A model generated the notes under the pieces. It did not search any database, was not told the origin of the DNA, and saw nothing but the letters and a program-made list of their open reading frames with translations. Below, in pieces: positions 59,680 through 64,000 of a DNA stretch of 64,000 nt. A program made the position numbers and the translations under genes. The DNA lies in NCBI RefSeq assembly GCF_004010195.1, contig NC_057720.1:24612746-24676745 (forward strand), in the 5' to 3' direction. Source of the DNA: Chiloscyllium plagiosum. Its lineage: Eukaryota. Each line of letters begins with the position of its first letter. Position 1 is the first letter of the stretch.

Positions 59680-61122
59680 GTCGAGATTAGAGTGGTGCTA
59701 GAAAAGCACAGCAGGTCAGGCAACATCCGAGGAGCAGGAAAATCGACATTTCGGGCAAAAGCCCTTCATCAGGAAAGGAGGCAGGGTGCCTGCAGAGTGG
59801 AGAGATAAATGAGAGGGGGTGTGGGGAGAAAGTAGCAAAGAGTACAATGGGTGAATAGGGGTGGGGATGAAGGCGATAGGTCACAGAGGAGGGTGGAGTG
59901 GATAGGTGAAAGGGAAGATAGGCAGGTAGGACAGGTCATGAGGGTGGTGCTGAGCTGGAAGACTGGAGCTGGGGTGAAGTGAGGGAAGGGGAAATGAGGA
60001 AACTGGTGAAATCCACATTGATGCCCTGGGGTTGAAGTAGTCCGAGGCAGAAGATGAGGCGCTCTTCCTCCAGGCACCGGGTTGTGAGGAAACAGTGGTA
60101 GCGGAGGCCCAGGACCTCCATGTCCTTGGCAGAGTGGGAGGAGGAGTTGACATGTTGGGCCACAGGGCGGTGGGGTTAATTGGTGCCTGTGTCCCAGAGA
60201 TGTTCCCTAAAGTGCTCTGCTAAGAGGCGTCCAGTCTACCCAGTGTAGAGGAGACCGCATCGGGAGCAACGGATACAATAAATGATATTGGTGGATGTGC
60301 AGGTAAAACTTTGATGGATGTGGAAGGCTCCTTTGGGGCCTTGGATGGAGGTGAGGGAGGAGGTGTGGGCGCAGGTTTTGCATTTTCTGCGGTGGTAGGG
60401 AGGGTGCCAGGAAGGGAGGGTGGGTTGCTGGGGGGGCGTGGATCTGACCAGGTAGTCACGGAGGGAACGGTCTTTGCGGAAAGCGGAAATGGGTGGGGAG
60501 GGAAATATATCCCCGGTGGTGGGGTCCGTTTGGAGGTGGCAGAAATGTCGTCGGATGATGTGGTTTATGCAAAGATTGGTGGGGTGGAAGGTGAGCACAA
60601 GGGGGATTCTGTCCTTGTTACGGTTGGAGGGGTAGGGTTTGAGGGCGGAGGGGCGGGTTGTGGATGAGATGTGTTGGAGGGCATCTTTAACCACGTGGAA
60701 AAGGAAATTGCAGTCTCTAAAGAAGGAGGCCATCTGGTGTGTTCTGTGGTAGAACTGGTCCTCTTGGAAGCAGATGCGGCGAAGGCAGAGGAATAGCGCT
60801 TTAGGGAACATCTCCGGGACACTTGCACCAATCAACCCCACCGCCCTGTGGCCCAACATTTCAACTCCCCCTCCCACTCTACTGAGGACATGAAGGTCCT
60901 GGGCCTCCTTCACCGCCGCTCCCTCACCACCAGACGCCTGGAGGAAGAACCCCCTCTCATTTATCTCTCCACTCTGCAGGCACCCTGCCTCCTTTCCTGA
61001 TGAAGGGCTTTTGCCCGAAATGTCGATTTTCCTGCTCCTCGGATGTTGCCTGACCTGCTGTGCTTTTCCAGCACCACTCTAATCTAGACTCTGCTTTCCA
61101 GCATCTGCAGTCTTTGTTTTTA
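59680..61122 (-). mobile_element. 5'-truncated Penelope-like element (family A), GIY-YIG region, with inverted terminal repeat
   Basis: CLRRICFQED, RKCKTC, NIIYCIRCSRCGLLYTG and LEEERLIFCLGLLQPQGINVDF on minus. Inverted plus-strand piece 60797-61122. Flanks cctcatttatatgcagt (59663-59679, 61123-61139). Confidence 0.95.
60994..61027 (+). ncRNA. Minimal hammerhead motif (mirror copy on minus at about 59744-59774)
   Basis: CTGATGA 60997-61003, GGGC-tttt-GCCC, GAAA 61017-61020, tGTC. Confidence 0.75.
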
Positions 61123-62546
61123 CCTCATTTATATGCAGTTTGTTATATTCCAATGCAGTGGAGAGAAACTTACAGCAACAATTCTTGACATGGAGGCTTG
61201 AGCAGCCTCCTGGTGACTCCAGCTCACTACTGCTCTTTCAGGCTTCCATCTTGGTCAGCATTCCTTCACATCTAAGTACTACAAGGCGGTGCTTGAGCAG
61301 GGATCACCTGCATCTTTTGACCATGGAGGTTGGCAATGGACACAAACCATCCTCACCTTATTATCATGGCATATCTCCTACTCACTTAGAATACAGTTCA
61401 CCGTTTCTGAAGTGCATTTTGGAGAGCATCGATACCTTTCATTAAAATGTTGCTGCCAAGCCACTTTGTACACCAAAAAGCACCTATCATATGCATTAGA
61501 ATAGATTGCTTCTCAGGGTTTTTCACTTACTTTATTCATGCACAACTCACTTTGGTCCTACTGGATGCTAATAACACCTCTGCCTTGCCTTGGCTTTTTG
61601 CACATTGGTGCCTCATTCAGAATGTCTACCTTACAGTGCTTCTGTTTTGCATGCTAGTCAGACAGCTTGTCATGTGTGTCACCAGTAAGCATTCAAGAGG
61701 GTGAATGTTATTTAACCGAAGTTGAGAGGACATTCCACATGTTCCACCCTTAAATTCCTGCATGCCTACCAGTTTGACTCCCAAGATGCCTCAAAGAAGC
61801 TGATGTTAGATCTTCTGCCGAGGCTACTCCTCTCCAACCCCACCAATTCCCTTCAGGTAAGAGATCTTAAGGGAATTGAGATGGGTAGGCAGAAAGTCAA
61901 GGGACATTCTCTGACTAAGCTCAAAATCTCAAGGGAAGAAGGCAGGGTTCAGCTCAAGGCCTCTGATTTGGACGCCAGTGCACTTATATGGAAAGGGAAA
62001 ACAATTCAGTTCTTGAATAAAGGTCGTATTGATTTTTTTTTTACCATGTATTGTTCTCTGAACAATTCTGATCAGCAATTCAATATACATTTGTCCTGAG
62101 CTATTGGTAGATGTCTGATTGACAAATCTTTGGGACAGTATCAATACTACAAAAGTATTGATACTTTTGCTATTTATAGCATATTGTGCCAAACAAGTCT
62201 GGATGATAAAGTTGTGTAATCTACAAAGTTGAATTGTTTTCTAAATGTAACAATTTCTTTATAGCCACCTAAACTCAATTGATTACTCTGTGATTAATTA
62301 CCCATAGAGAATCTGCTTTGGGCCTCCAATTTCACCAGTCCTTTTGTTACTTTACTGTAATGCATATAAATGTAATGAAAAAAAGATAAAATCTACATTC
62401 GTGCAGTATCATTCATGATGTTCCAACTTGCTTTACAGCCAATTTAATTACCTTTGGCTTGTGGTCACTTGGATAGTATAGGGAATGTTACTAAATTGTG
62501 GAGGAGACACAAGGATCCAAATGACCTATTCCTGCTCCTAAAACAT

Positions 62547-62826
62547 ATCATAAAACACAGCATGGAAGCAGGCCATTTGGCCCAAGTCCACACCTACCCT
62601 CCAAACACTAACCCTGCCAGACCCATTCCCCTAACCTGCACATCCCTGAACACTATCAGCAATTTCACATTCACCTAATCTGCACATTTAGACTGTGGGA
62701 GGAAACCCATGCAGACACTGGGAGAATGTGCAAACTTCACACAGGCAGTTGCCCAAGGCTGGAATCAAATCCAGGTCCCTGGTGCTGTGAGGCAGCAGTG
62801 CTAACCACTGAGTCACTGTGCTGTCA
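62547..62826 (-). mobile_element. HE1-like V-SINE
   Basis: Same family as 29880-30120, with internal deletions. Confidence 0.85.
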
Positions 62827-62912
62827 TATGCCCAAGTGTTACTTTGGATGGATGAGTTGAGCTGGGCTAGATATCCTTTGTGAGTATGTTGTGAACAAAT
62901 ACTGGCATAATT

Positions 62913-63195
62913 GGCACGGTGGCTCAGTGGTTAGCACTGCTGCCTTACAGCACCAGCTTCCCAGGTTCAATTCCAGCCTCGGGCGATTGTCTGTATGGAG
63001 TTTGCACATTCTCCCTGTGTCTGTGTGGGTTTCTTCGCACAGTCCAAAGATGTGCAGGCCAGGTGAATTGGCCATGTTAAATTGCCCATAGCATTAGGTG
63101 CGTTAGTCAGAGGGGGGGTGGGTTGCTCTTTGGAGGGTCGCTGTGGACTGGTTGGGCTGAAGGGCCTGTTTCTACACTGTAGGGAATCCAATCTA
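62913..63195 (+). mobile_element. HE1-like V-SINE
   Basis: A box TGGCTCAGTGG 62920-62930, B box GGTTCAATTCC 62964-62974, V-domain and CR1-like tail. Confidence 0.92.
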
Positions 63196-64000
63196 TAATG
63201 GTTGAGATCCTCCTGCCGCAAGTGAAGGTTTGCCGTTAGCAGGTTTTGTGGGTGAAATTGCAACAATGGGACTGTATAATAGGCTCACAGTAAAGCACTA
63301 ACATGCATACATGGCACATGATTCTCAAAAGTACTTACATTTACATCAATTTTGTCCCATTGTCAATTTTATTATAATCACATTCTATTCTGGTGCTTAT
63401 ATATACTTTAAGTTTTAGTACTAAAATTGCTTTGCATAGTAGACATTACAGTGGGAAGCAAAAATCAACAGAATCTTTACATTTGTTCATCAAGAATATT
63501 GATACAAAACTGTAAACCATTTAGATTCTTAAAAGTTATATCACACAGAGAGACCTGAGGGCTCCAATGCTTCTCACTACTCATAATGATCAATTTAATG
63601 TTAAATCATTCTATATTGTTGCTCAGGAGTCAGTAGATTTTTCTGGGATTACTGATACACTACAATGCAATTACATTCCCCCCGCCCCCTTGTATGAAGC
63701 AATCATCCTGAATAATATTATGCACCCGAGAGGAGAAAGTCTTCGACTTTTATAGAATGGGAAAGATCTTGTGCAGTTTATCCGTGTTGCAGGTATTGAA
63801 TTATTCCTCCAAATATCCATTTACTGTCACCAAGTACATATTGTGGAATGTGCAAAACATGTTCATGAGGACTGAAGCTATCGCTGAAATCAGTGTTCTT
63901 ATCTGTACAGAATTACAAACAACTAATGAAATCATTTCCTGTAAAATTAACAACATTGCATGATGCTCATAAAATAAAATTTGTCCCCTTTAGTTTGCTC

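Noticed and set aside
62913..62985. tRNA gene
   Set aside because: A and B boxes belong to a SINE head that continues into the V-domain and LINE-like tail.

Overview
Eukaryotic, repeat-rich vertebrate DNA, inferred to be shark/ray (HE1-type V-SINEs, HER1-like CR1 LINEs, Deu-domain SINEs), from a gapped assembly with three N runs. One host gene is supported, on the minus strand: a signal peptide + LRRNT + 6 LRR + LRRCT protein resembling the LRRC19 / C1orf210 (TEMP) family. Three in-frame coding exons are visible (24159-24058, 14941-14428, 4696-4532). A candidate non-coding first exon and promoter with TATA, CCAAT, HNF1 and HNF4-like sites lies near 37.5-37.7 kb. The expected transmembrane exon is not convincingly seen and probably lies left of position 1. 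The rest is mostly decayed and nested mobile DNA: CR1 LINEs (two near full length), an L1-clade fragment, SINEs, probable solo LTRs, a TA-flanked MITE, and many Penelope-like elements (PLEs). The PLE terminal repeats carry minimal hammerhead ribozyme motifs from at least four families. Many occur as 140-280 bp non-coding fold-back cassettes flanked by 12-17 bp target-site duplications. Other notable items are a templated inverted insertion copied from about 1.3 kb away, an RxxR motif in the receptor stalk, and a CLEAR/HNF4/NF-kB motif cluster about 10 kb upstream of the gene. Repeat boundaries are approximate and family names come from motif recognition, not database searches.
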